Positions 36,869 to 45,065 of a stretch of DNA of 64,000 bases are shown piece by piece. Below the pieces are notes generated by a model. The model did no database searches and was not told the origin of the DNA. It saw nothing but the letters and a program-made list of their open reading frames with translations. Origin of the DNA: Bacteroidota bacterium (lineage in GTDB: Bacteria > Bacteroidota > Bacteroidia > UKL13-3); assembly GCA_947459415.1 (NCBI GenBank), contig CANHDN010000002.1:163-64162 (forward strand), read 5' to 3'. The first letter of the stretch is position 1, and every line of letters begins with the position of its first letter. The position numbers were made by a program, and so were the translations under genes.

Positions 36869-38665
36869 ATGATACTTAGTATACCATCTGCGCTGCTTAT
36901 TTTAATTCTCACTCACGTATATGGGTTAATCCCATTTATTCTGCTTAAACGGAGCCTACCTCAAAATCCAATTACACCTTTTTTTGTAGGATTTGCATTA
37001 CTTGGAATTTTAAGTGGGTATTTCTTATTAAGCGGTGCAATCAATTTCTTTGTTTTAATGCTTGTAATGATAGTGGCTATTATTGCTTGTTGGCGCTACC
37101 AAAATTATTATCAAAGCTATACAAAGTACTTAGTTAAATGGATTACATCACTCTCTGTTGGTTATAAAACCCTGCTAATTGTTATGTTGATGTTATTGCT
37201 ATACCAAGGAGCACTTCCAGCAAAAATTCACGACATGGCAGCCTATTACTTGCAAACCCTGCAATGGATGCAACAAGTTGGTGTAGTAAAAGGCTTGGGT
37301 AATTTATATCCTGCCCTAGGTTTAGGATCGGCCTGGCACTCGTTATTGAGTATTTTTCAAATACCCTTATTACCGGCATTTTATGGCATAAATGGTGTGT
37401 TAATTTTTACTTTGTTTACCTGGCTTCTTTTTGAATATGTTGCAAATGAACAAGCATCCACCCTGCAAAATGTTTTTATTGGCGCATATGGATTAGGACT
37501 TTTTCCAATATCCTTTTTATACCTAACTGCCCCAAGCCCAGATTTACCATTACTCGTATTTACGCCACTCCTTCTCTATTACACACTCATAGATACCAAG
37601 TCTATTCCAAGCCAAATAATGCTTTTAATGGCATGTTTTCTATTTGCTGTCAAACCGCCAGCCTTGTTGGGTATTATAATTGGTATAGCTATTATTATTC
37701 AAACCCTCAAAAAAAAACAAACGGAACCAAATACCTATCCATATGGATTCAAAACAATTGCCACCCATATATGCATTGCTATTTTTTGTTTAACACCCAT
37801 TATTACCAAGAATATTATTCAAACAGGCTATGTCTTATATCCACTTGGCGACATCGGTTTTGAAGAACAGGTATGGAAAAGCATGTATGAAATAGAAGAA
37901 AAAACCAGCCCCGCCCCAGCCTGGAAAATTCCGACAGATTGGAATAATGCTTATCGAAAAGGAATAGTTGTTTGGGGATATACAGATAGCATACCAGCTA
38001 AAGTATTTAAAGAATCTCTTCCAGCAACATCAAACAGGTTTATATCTTGGATATCAAGACCCGGATATAAAGGCTTTATGAATACTTTACTCCTGTTAAA
38101 CTTTTTACTTGCCTGCCTTTTGTGTTTTTTTGCTAAACCAAAAAGAAACAAACGATACTATGTTATTCTGATAGGCTTAAGTACCATTGAATGGTTTTAT
38201 TTAACCCAATATAGGCTCATGCTTCCATTGGCATTAAGCTTATTTAGCTTGAACCTATTTACTATCACAAGCCTTTGGCCTACATTAGCAAGTAATCATA
38301 CAAGTCTAAATTGGAAACCCCTATATATCTATTTGGTATCAATACTTTTTCTATTCTTAAGTTTTGTGCCCATTTCTGCATTTAGAGATCAATCAAGGAA
38401 TAAACATATTACCAAAACCGAGGGATTTCAATCTGCATACCTGATAAATCCATACTCGAATTACGCTGAAGGAACACTAGATAGCACCCAAATTAACATA
38501 GGTTTCATATATTATTTCAAGGATAAAAATTATACATGGAACGCACCCATTCCGGCAGTCAGTGCAAGTCATTCCAAGTTTATCGAAAATCATTTTGCCT
38601 ACCAACTGCAGCGCTTTGGACCAAGGTTAAAAGATGGGTTTTACCTGAAGAAGATAACACCCTAA
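36869..38665 (+). CDS. large polytopic membrane protein (LIC_10190-like / GT-C-like), hypothetical
   Basis: The 598-aa product has more than 12 hydrophobic helices. The loop motif IHDMAAYYLQTLQWMQQVGVVKGLGNLYPALGLGSAWHS resembles my recollection of the LIC_10190 membrane-protein family. The gene starts 4 nt after the previous ORF. Confidence 0.4.
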   Translation: MILSIPSALLILILTHVYGLIPFILLKRSLPQNPITPFFVGFALLGILSGYFLLSGAINFFVLMLVMIVAIIACWRYQNYYQSYTKYLVKWITSLSVGYKTLLIVMLMLLLYQGALPAKIHDMAAYYLQTLQWMQQVGVVKGLGNLYPALGLGSAWHSLLSIFQIPLLPAFYGINGVLIFTLFTWLLFEYVANEQASTLQNVFIGAYGLGLFPISFLYLTAPSPDLPLLVFTPLLLYYTLIDTKSIPSQIMLLMACFLFAVKPPALLGIIIGIAIIIQTLKKKQTEPNTYPYGFKTIATHICIAIFCLTPIITKNIIQTGYVLYPLGDIGFEEQVWKSMYEIEEKTSPAPAWKIPTDWNNAYRKGIVVWGYTDSIPAKVFKESLPATSNRFISWISRPGYKGFMNTLLLLNFLLACLLCFFAKPKRNKRYYVILIGLSTIEWFYLTQYRLMLPLALSLFSLNLFTITSLWPTLASNHTSLNWKPLYIYLVSILFLFLSFVPISAFRDQSRNKHITKTEGFQSAYLINPYSNYAEGTLDSTQINIGFIYYFKDKNYTWNAPIPAVSASHSKFIENHFAYQLQRFGPRLKDGFYLKKITP

Positions 38666-39114
38666 ATTAGCTGGCTACTGTGATTTTTAGTATCTACTTT
38701 TTCTATTATTTTTTCAATAATTCCTTTTTCATTAATTACAAAAGTAGTACGAAGAATACCCATGTATTTTTTGCCATACATGCTTTTTTCTCCCCATGTT
38801 TCATAGGCAATGGATACAGCGTGATCTTCATCTGCCAATAATGAAAATGGAAGATCATATTTGGCAATAAACTTTTGGTGTTTAGTAGCATTGTCTGGGC
38901 TTACTCCCAAGATGGAATAACCCAAATCAACAAATTTCTTATAATGATCCCTTAAATCACATGCTTCGGCCGTACAGCCAGGAGTATCATCTTTTGGATA
39001 AAAATATAAAACAAGCTTTTTACCAGTAAAATCAGATAATGTGGTCAGATTACCTTTTTCATTTTTTGCAGAGAAACTAGGTGCTTTATCCCCTATTTTT
39101 AATGTTATTGCCAT
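38662..39114 (-). CDS. bcp: thioredoxin-dependent thiol peroxidase (Bcp/PrxQ)
   Basis: The 150-aa product has the motif YFYPKDDTPGCTAEACDLRD, with the CxxxxC arrangement. Confidence 0.9.
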   Translation of the reverse strand: MAITLKIGDKAPSFSAKNEKGNLTTLSDFTGKKLVLYFYPKDDTPGCTAEACDLRDHYKKFVDLGYSILGVSPDNATKHQKFIAKYDLPFSLLADEDHAVSIAYETWGEKSMYGKKYMGILRTTFVINEKGIIEKIIEKVDTKNHSSQLI

Positions 39115-39157
39115 ACCAAGTATTTTATTCTATGAACCCAAAAACTAAAAAATTGTT

Positions 39158-40951
39158 TTAAGGATTGATATCGAACCATCGTTCTGTTTTATTGCCTCTA
39201 TGATCGATGACCCTAACCAACACTTTAAACACCTTGGTATCTATTTGATTATTTTCTGGATGTAATAATCTTTCACGTTCAATAGCATACACCTCATCAA
39301 ACAAGTAACTTAGTCGATCATTTTTAGCATCAAAATCAGCTAAAATCCACCTGCCATTTAAAAAAACATCATAGGATTTTATACCAGAAAAATCATCCCT
39401 GATATCAAATTCCCAAGACAAGGTATCACTGCTCTTACCTATAAATTTTGGCAATATGCGTTTTACTTTAGGAGGAACTGTATCTAGCATGAGTTTAAAT
39501 ACCCCAAAATTACTCGCTTTGGCATAAACCCACCCATTTTTATAGGTTCCACCGATGCTATTAAAAGCATCCTTATTGGTTTTGGCATAGGCTATTACCA
39601 ATTTATCCTCTAAACCAAATACCGGCTGTGTGAGCTCCAATGCCACATCAAAGGCAGCATGAACTGGTGTGGTGTATGAATGAAAACTATGAATATTAGA
39701 AAATGCATCCAGTGTTTTTGGATACATTGAAATATGATAGCAGCTTGTATCATATAAACTTTTTTCATCCATGCTAGCTATAAAACCTTCCTGTTCCACT
39801 TTTATGATTTCACCTGGTATTAAGCATGGTTTTCCTTCCAAATTTTTCTCATAACTCAACTTTTCTAAATCGGTTTGGCTTGAACTCAATTTATAATAAA
39901 TTTTCAGGTAAGTAACATTTTCATTTGCATCAGAAACGGTAAAAATTAAGAATCCCAAGGAGGGTGCATCAGAAAAATGAACACGACCTTTTCCAGCATC
40001 TGTTGTATAAGTACTAAATCTATTTCCATCGTCTACAAAACATTTTTGTATGCGCAATTTCTCTAACTTATAATACGGAAAATCTATGTGCGCATTGATG
40101 TATTTGGTTTCATCAAAAGCAAACTGATTGAGCGTATGTGTAAATTTATGGCTTTGGTTCAGCCAGAAACTGTAGCTATAAATACCTTTTGGATCTTTTC
40201 CATTATGAATAAAATCTTGAGCATCTATTCCAAAACCATAGGTATCTGCATCTAATAGTAAAGTATCAGAAGCTACTAAATAACCCGCTTGCCAATTTGA
40301 GTTTTTGCTATGAATAGGCAATTGTTTTTTGAGTATTAACCCCTCCTTTACAAACTTATAAACAAAAATATTATTTATTTCTGGAGCAAATGAATCTATT
40401 GGTAGTATCCCAAATAAAGCTGGATTAATGATTTTTTCTGTGCGCGAATCTCTCATTTCAAAATGCAAATGAGGCCCAGAACTTGTTCCACTATTACCAC
40501 TAAGCCCTATGGTATCACCTTTTTTTACCTGTAAAAAAGGCTTTATAAAAATCTTATCAAACTCAAAGGTTTGATTCATGTATTGATACTCGTGAATCCA
40601 GTTGGCAATGGCGCCGTAATACGAATCTAAATGCGCGTATACCGTTGCATAGCCATTGGCATGTTCTATATACAAAGCCTTACCATAGGCTCCGCGTGCT
40701 ACTTTAATTCTGCTTACATAGCCATCTGCCGCAGCATATACGGGCAGCCCAACTTTGCCATTGGTGCGCAAATCTATGCCGCTGTGAAAATGGTTTTCGC
40801 GCATTACCCCAAATGGCGATACAAAATTGGGCAAAGAATCCATGGGATATCTAAAGTACCCTTGCGGATATTTTTGGGCCACGGCATTTTTCACCAAACT
40901 AACTAAGCACAGCAAAGAAGCTATTTGTATGTAAATGCGAAATGATTTCAA
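39158..40951 (-). CDS. M23 family metallopeptidase with long C-terminal extension
   Basis: The product has a signal peptide, the HxxxD motif (HFHSGIDL) and the HxH motif (GPHLHFEM). About 400 further residues have no fold I recognise. Confidence 0.8.
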   Translation of the reverse strand: MKSFRIYIQIASLLCLVSLVKNAVAQKYPQGYFRYPMDSLPNFVSPFGVMRENHFHSGIDLRTNGKVGLPVYAAADGYVSRIKVARGAYGKALYIEHANGYATVYAHLDSYYGAIANWIHEYQYMNQTFEFDKIFIKPFLQVKKGDTIGLSGNSGTSSGPHLHFEMRDSRTEKIINPALFGILPIDSFAPEINNIFVYKFVKEGLILKKQLPIHSKNSNWQAGYLVASDTLLLDADTYGFGIDAQDFIHNGKDPKGIYSYSFWLNQSHKFTHTLNQFAFDETKYINAHIDFPYYKLEKLRIQKCFVDDGNRFSTYTTDAGKGRVHFSDAPSLGFLIFTVSDANENVTYLKIYYKLSSSQTDLEKLSYEKNLEGKPCLIPGEIIKVEQEGFIASMDEKSLYDTSCYHISMYPKTLDAFSNIHSFHSYTTPVHAAFDVALELTQPVFGLEDKLVIAYAKTNKDAFNSIGGTYKNGWVYAKASNFGVFKLMLDTVPPKVKRILPKFIGKSSDTLSWEFDIRDDFSGIKSYDVFLNGRWILADFDAKNDRLSYLFDEVYAIERERLLHPENNQIDTKVFKVLVRVIDHRGNKTERWFDINP

Positions 40952-40954
40952 TGT

Positions 40955-41563
40955 TTATTTTATCTCAAATTTTAGCATAGGTTTATCATCCATAAATCCT
41001 TCTAGCACATCGCCAATTGCAACGGGGCCAACCCCTGCAGGTGTTCCGGTATAAATTAAATCGCCTACTTTAAGGGTAAAATACTGAGAGATAAAACTAA
41101 CAATCTTAGCAAAATTAAAAATCATGTCCTTGCTATTTCCGGTCTGAACCAATTGTCCGTTTTTAAGCAAAGTAAAGTTGATATTATTAAGGTCTAAGTC
41201 TTGCACCGAAACAAACTGTCCGATAGGTGCAGAGCCATCAAAGCTTTTGGCTAGCTCCCAAGGCAAGCCTTTAGATTTGAGTTGCGCTTGTAAATCGCGG
41301 GCAGTAAAATCTATGCCTAAACCAATTTCGTTGAAATAATTAGCGGCAAATTTCTCTTGTATATTTTTGCCCACTTTAGCAATTTTAATAACCAATTCTA
41401 GCTCGTGGTGCACATCATTGCTAAAAGCAGGCAAATAAAAATCTTCTCCATTTTTTAGCAGGGCCGTATCTGGTTTGGCAAATACCACAGGATTTTCTGG
41501 CACGGCATTCCCCAATTCTTTGGCATGTTCGCTGTAATTTCTACCTATGCAAAATATTTTCAT
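40955..41563 (-). CDS. fumarylacetoacetate hydrolase family protein
   Basis: The 202-aa product shows MKIFCIGRNYSEHAKE...HHELELVIKI...GLGIDFTARDLQ...YTGTPAGVG, the FAH-fold pattern. Confidence 0.8.
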   Translation of the reverse strand: MKIFCIGRNYSEHAKELGNAVPENPVVFAKPDTALLKNGEDFYLPAFSNDVHHELELVIKIAKVGKNIQEKFAANYFNEIGLGIDFTARDLQAQLKSKGLPWELAKSFDGSAPIGQFVSVQDLDLNNINFTLLKNGQLVQTGNSKDMIFNFAKIVSFISQYFTLKVGDLIYTGTPAGVGPVAIGDVLEGFMDDKPMLKFEIK

Positions 41564-41628
41564 TGCTTATAAATAAGCCACAAAGTAAGGAAAAATTATT
41601 TAAATCCGCAGATTAAACTGAGCAACTA

Positions 41629-43332
41629 TTACTCCAACTTCTTCAACTCATCCGAAACAAACGCCATCAAGCTTTGGATATACTTTTCAGAGAAATCGAA
41701 TTTTACGCCAGCTGCTTCATAAATTTCACCAATGGTTTTGGTATAACCCAAACTCAAAGCTTCTTTGTATTGAGCTACTGCTTTGGCTTTATCTTGTAAA
41801 AAATTACGCCATACAGACAAGGCACCCAATTGCGCCATACCATATTCTATATAATAAAAAGGCACTTCATATACATGCAATTGTTTCTGCCAAGTATAGG
41901 CTTGAAAATGCTCCAAACCTTGCCAATCAACCATGCCTGTTCCAAATTCTTTGCTTAGGTTCAGCCAGTAGTTTTTTCTATCTGCAGCGTTATGGTTTGG
42001 GTTTGTGTAAATCCAATGTTGAAACTTATCAATGGTGGCAATCCAAGGTAAAATCTTAATAATGCCTTCTAAGTGTTCTTGTTTGGCGCGGTTAAAATCG
42101 GCAGGGTCTGGGTAAAAAGCATCCTGACCATCATAGCTAATTAATTCCATACTCATGCTGGCCAATTCTGCTACCTCGCTTGGGCAGTTTTTAAACGCGG
42201 CTAATTCCAAATCTTTGCTCAAAAACGAATGCACTGCGTGACCACCCTCGTGCACCATCGTTTCTACATCGCGCGTGCTGCTGGCGGCATTCATAAAAAT
42301 AAAAGGCACATTGGTTTCAGCCATTGGGTAATTGTAGCCACCCGGCGCTTTTCCCTTTCTACTTTCTAGGTCGAGGTGACCCATTTCGTCCATGGTTTTA
42401 ATGCAATACGCAAAATAATCATCTACCTTGGCAAAACATTTGATGGTTTTTTCTAACAAATCTAAACCGCTGGTAAAAGGCTCTAATGCTGGCAAGTTGG
42501 CTACATCAACCTCCATATCCCAAGGCTTTAAGGTATGACCCAAGGCCGCTAAGCGTTTTTCATTAAAGGCTTTTACCAAAGGCATCACCTGCTTTTGAAT
42601 GGCTTCATGAAAGTTGAAACAATCTTGCGGGGTATAATCAAATCTGCCCATTTCGGCAAACTTATAATCGCGGTAATTTTCGAAACCTGCATTCACTGCA
42701 ATTTGATGACGCAATGCAATCAATTCATCAAACAAATCATCCAACTCCTGCGCTTTGGCTGCGCGCGCTTCGCTTAATTTTGAGAAGGCTTCCTCTCTTA
42801 ATTTTCTATCTGTGTTTTTTAAATAATTAGCAGCCTGTTGCAAGGTTAATTCCTTGCCTTCCATTTCAACGCTCAAAGAGCCAATAATACTTCCATATTT
42901 CTGTGAAGTAGCCGCAACCTTCGCTTGCAAAGGCACATTCTCTTCCCTAAAAATAACCATCTCTTGTTTAATTCCGCGCAGGTAAATAAAGTATTTAGCC
43001 TGATCCAACTCGTTTACAAAAGCACTCCCCATTAATTTTTTATTGAGCGCATCATTGTATGGAGCTATCTTGGGTTCAATCTCATTTACAAAAAACAAAT
43101 AAGCTTCTTCTAAGTCTTTATTAGTGGTATCGCAAGTCATTTTTACATAGCGCCAAGCTAAATTTTCACTCACAAAAGCCTCCAATTCGCTGCGGTGCAA
43201 CAACCATGTTTCTAAGTCTGAAACTGAGTTAATCTCACGCTGCATCAACTGCTCAAAATACGGAGCTAAAACATCCCAAGAAGTTACCTTTAACTTATCG
43301 GCTAAAAATTTGTGTTTAATTATTGTAATCAT
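41629..43332 (-). CDS. pepF: M3 family oligoendopeptidase (PepF-like)
   Basis: The 567-aa product has the zinc motif HEGGHAVH and a downstream E (EVAELASM). Confidence 0.8.
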   Translation of the reverse strand: MITIIKHKFLADKLKVTSWDVLAPYFEQLMQREINSVSDLETWLLHRSELEAFVSENLAWRYVKMTCDTTNKDLEEAYLFFVNEIEPKIAPYNDALNKKLMGSAFVNELDQAKYFIYLRGIKQEMVIFREENVPLQAKVAATSQKYGSIIGSLSVEMEGKELTLQQAANYLKNTDRKLREEAFSKLSEARAAKAQELDDLFDELIALRHQIAVNAGFENYRDYKFAEMGRFDYTPQDCFNFHEAIQKQVMPLVKAFNEKRLAALGHTLKPWDMEVDVANLPALEPFTSGLDLLEKTIKCFAKVDDYFAYCIKTMDEMGHLDLESRKGKAPGGYNYPMAETNVPFIFMNAASSTRDVETMVHEGGHAVHSFLSKDLELAAFKNCPSEVAELASMSMELISYDGQDAFYPDPADFNRAKQEHLEGIIKILPWIATIDKFQHWIYTNPNHNAADRKNYWLNLSKEFGTGMVDWQGLEHFQAYTWQKQLHVYEVPFYYIEYGMAQLGALSVWRNFLQDKAKAVAQYKEALSLGYTKTIGEIYEAAGVKFDFSEKYIQSLMAFVSDELKKLE

Positions 43333-43339
43333 GATAAAA

Positions 43340-43369
43340 GCTTTTGGCTTTTAGCTATTAGCCTTTAGC
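43340..43369 (-). repeat. copy 2 of the 30-nt heptad-periodic element (in the pepF leader)
   Basis: The minus strand reads GCTAAAGGCTAATAGCTAAAAGCCAAAAGC. The element ends 7 nt before the pepF ATG. Confidence 0.7.
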
Positions 43370-43451
43370 AAAATCTAAGGCAAATAACCTATAGCATAGT
43401 TTATAAATTTAGAATGGTATTAAAAACAAGAATCCTCAGTTGTTAATCTTG

Positions 43452-43481
43452 GCTAATGGCCAAAGGCTAACAGCTAATAGC
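43452..43481 (+). repeat. copy 3 of the 30-nt heptad-periodic element (inverted relative to copy 2)
   Basis: The plus strand reads GCTAATGGCCAAAGGCTAACAGCTAATAGC. Confidence 0.7.
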
Positions 43482-43500
43482 TTCTTACAGCAAATTAATT

Positions 43501-43545
43501 AAAAAAAATGGGTTAACAAATTTAAAATTCATTAACCCATTTTTA
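43501..43545 (-). terminator. rho-independent terminator after the DUF5606 gene (bidirectional shape)
   Basis: The sequence is A8-(A)ATGGGTTAA-(15 nt)-TTAACCCAT(T)-T run, with a 10-bp stem. On the minus strand the hairpin is followed by T8. Confidence 0.75.
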
Positions 43546-43562
43546 TTATAAAATTTAAAAAA

Positions 43563-44153
43563 CTATACTGCCTTTGGCCTGTAGCTTGTTTTAGAAGCAC
43601 CAGCTCCTTTAGTGTTAGCTTTAGGTGCGGCTGTATTTTTAGGTGTTGCTGTTTTTGGCGCAGCAGATTTTTTTGCAGCAGTTTTCTTAGGCTTTACCTC
43701 TTCAGCAGCAAGTTCTGTGGCGGTTTCTTGTGCAGTGTTTTCTTCGTTTACTTCAGCACTTGATTCTGCTCCTGCCAATTTTAATTTTTCAAAATCTAAT
43801 ACATCTTTTAATGCATGATACCAGTTTAACAACTTCTTGATATCATTATCATAAACACGTTCACTATCTAAATTAATTAAATCAATTAAGAAGGCACGCA
43901 ATGATTTCATATCATCTTTTGCTGCTGGAACCTGACCATTTTCCTTTAATTTGATTAATACCAAATGTAGGCGCATATCTTCTTCCTGAGTATAGATTGA
44001 AATATCTTCTAATACAGAAACCTTATCTTGAAAACTGGTAGAGAATCTTCTTCCTGTACCAATTGTTTCAACAATTAAACCATTTTTACTTCTTCCAACA
44101 ATTTTATGCAAACCACTTTGTCCGGCGATGGCCACCACGTCTTTTAATTCCAT
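43563..44153 (-). CDS. DUF5606 domain protein with Lys/Ala/Pro-rich histone-H1-like tail
   Basis: The N-terminus MELKDVVAIAGQSGLHKIVGRSKNGLIVETIGTGRRF...VSVLEDISIYT matches my recollection of DUF5606. The tail reads KPKKTAAKKSAAPKTATPKNTAAPKANTKGAGASK. Confidence 0.65.
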   Translation of the reverse strand: MELKDVVAIAGQSGLHKIVGRSKNGLIVETIGTGRRFSTSFQDKVSVLEDISIYTQEEDMRLHLVLIKLKENGQVPAAKDDMKSLRAFLIDLINLDSERVYDNDIKKLLNWYHALKDVLDFEKLKLAGAESSAEVNEENTAQETATELAAEEVKPKKTAAKKSAAPKTATPKNTAAPKANTKGAGASKTSYRPKAV

Positions 44154-44239
44154 ACTATTTTTATATTAAGGGCAACAAATGTAATAAAATTAAATTTTGA
44201 GCACCCTTAATTCTTTCATTTTTTTTTATTTTTGACACG

Positions 44240-44992
44240 TTGAAAACAAAAATAATACTCCCTTTCCTACTATTTATTAGCTTCACAGTTAAGGCTCAAC
44301 AAGTTATCAATATTGAATCCAAACAATATGATTCAAGAGACACCCTCTGGCATGGAAACATTGAGTTAAATTTCAACCTCATTCAAAATCAAAATCAAAT
44401 CATTAACCTAGGAAACAAGGTAAACCTGCTTAAAAATCAGGATATTCATAGTTATTTGTTTATCAACGAATTTAATTTGGTTAGAGCCAATGCCAATAAT
44501 TTAGCCCTAAACGGCTACCAACATGTACGTTATAAGCGTGCCATAAAACCTTATTTAAGTGGAGAAGCGTTTGGGCAAACACAGTTTAATGAGCAAATTG
44601 GCTTAAAGTTTAGAGGCTTGCTTGGAGCTGGCCCAAGGATTAGGCTCTTTTACGCAGATAGCATGAAAGTATTCACAGGTGCCATGTGGATGTATGAATA
44701 CGAAAAAACTACCGATGAATTGGTAAATAATGTAAAAAACAGAATGAGTTTCTACTTGTCGTTTTTATACTTTAAAGAAAAACACTTCAATTTTGATTTG
44801 GTATGTTATTACCAACCAGACCTAATAGATTTTGGCGATTTTAGGGTATTAACAGAGTTAAAAGCAGAATGGCGTATTACTCAAAAATTGTCGTTTAGGT
44901 TCGGTTTAATCCAAAACTATAATTCATTTCCGGCAACAGGCTTTCCAAACAACACCCTAAATGTTAGAAATGCATTTGTATACAGGTTTTGA
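44240..44992 (+). CDS. putative outer-membrane beta-barrel protein (DUF481-like)
   Basis: The product has a signal peptide (FTVKAQQ), alternating amphipathic strands and a terminal aromatic residue (FVYRF). The start codon is TTG. Confidence 0.45.
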   Translation: MKTKIILPFLLFISFTVKAQQVINIESKQYDSRDTLWHGNIELNFNLIQNQNQIINLGNKVNLLKNQDIHSYLFINEFNLVRANANNLALNGYQHVRYKRAIKPYLSGEAFGQTQFNEQIGLKFRGLLGAGPRIRLFYADSMKVFTGAMWMYEYEKTTDELVNNVKNRMSFYLSFLYFKEKHFNFDLVCYYQPDLIDFGDFRVLTELKAEWRITQKLSFRFGLIQNYNSFPATGFPNNTLNVRNAFVYRF

Positions 44993-45031
44993 TAAATAAG
45001 CAAAAGTGCTTTCTTTTATGGGGTAAAACCC

Positions 45032-45039
45032 TATTTTTG
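45032..45039 (+). promoter_or_regulatory. candidate -7 promoter box upstream of icmF
   Basis: TATTTTTG is an exact match to TAnnTTTG and lies 27 nt before the ATG. I see no clear -33 TTTG. Confidence 0.35.
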
Positions 45040-45065
45040 CAAAGTTTAATCCCCATGTAATTTGT

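Noticed and set aside
44993-45065. I considered a cobalamin riboswitch upstream of the B12-dependent icmF.
   Set aside because: The gap is only 73 bp and contains a -7 promoter box. It is far too short for a cobalamin riboswitch aptamer, and no B12-box-like sequence is visible.
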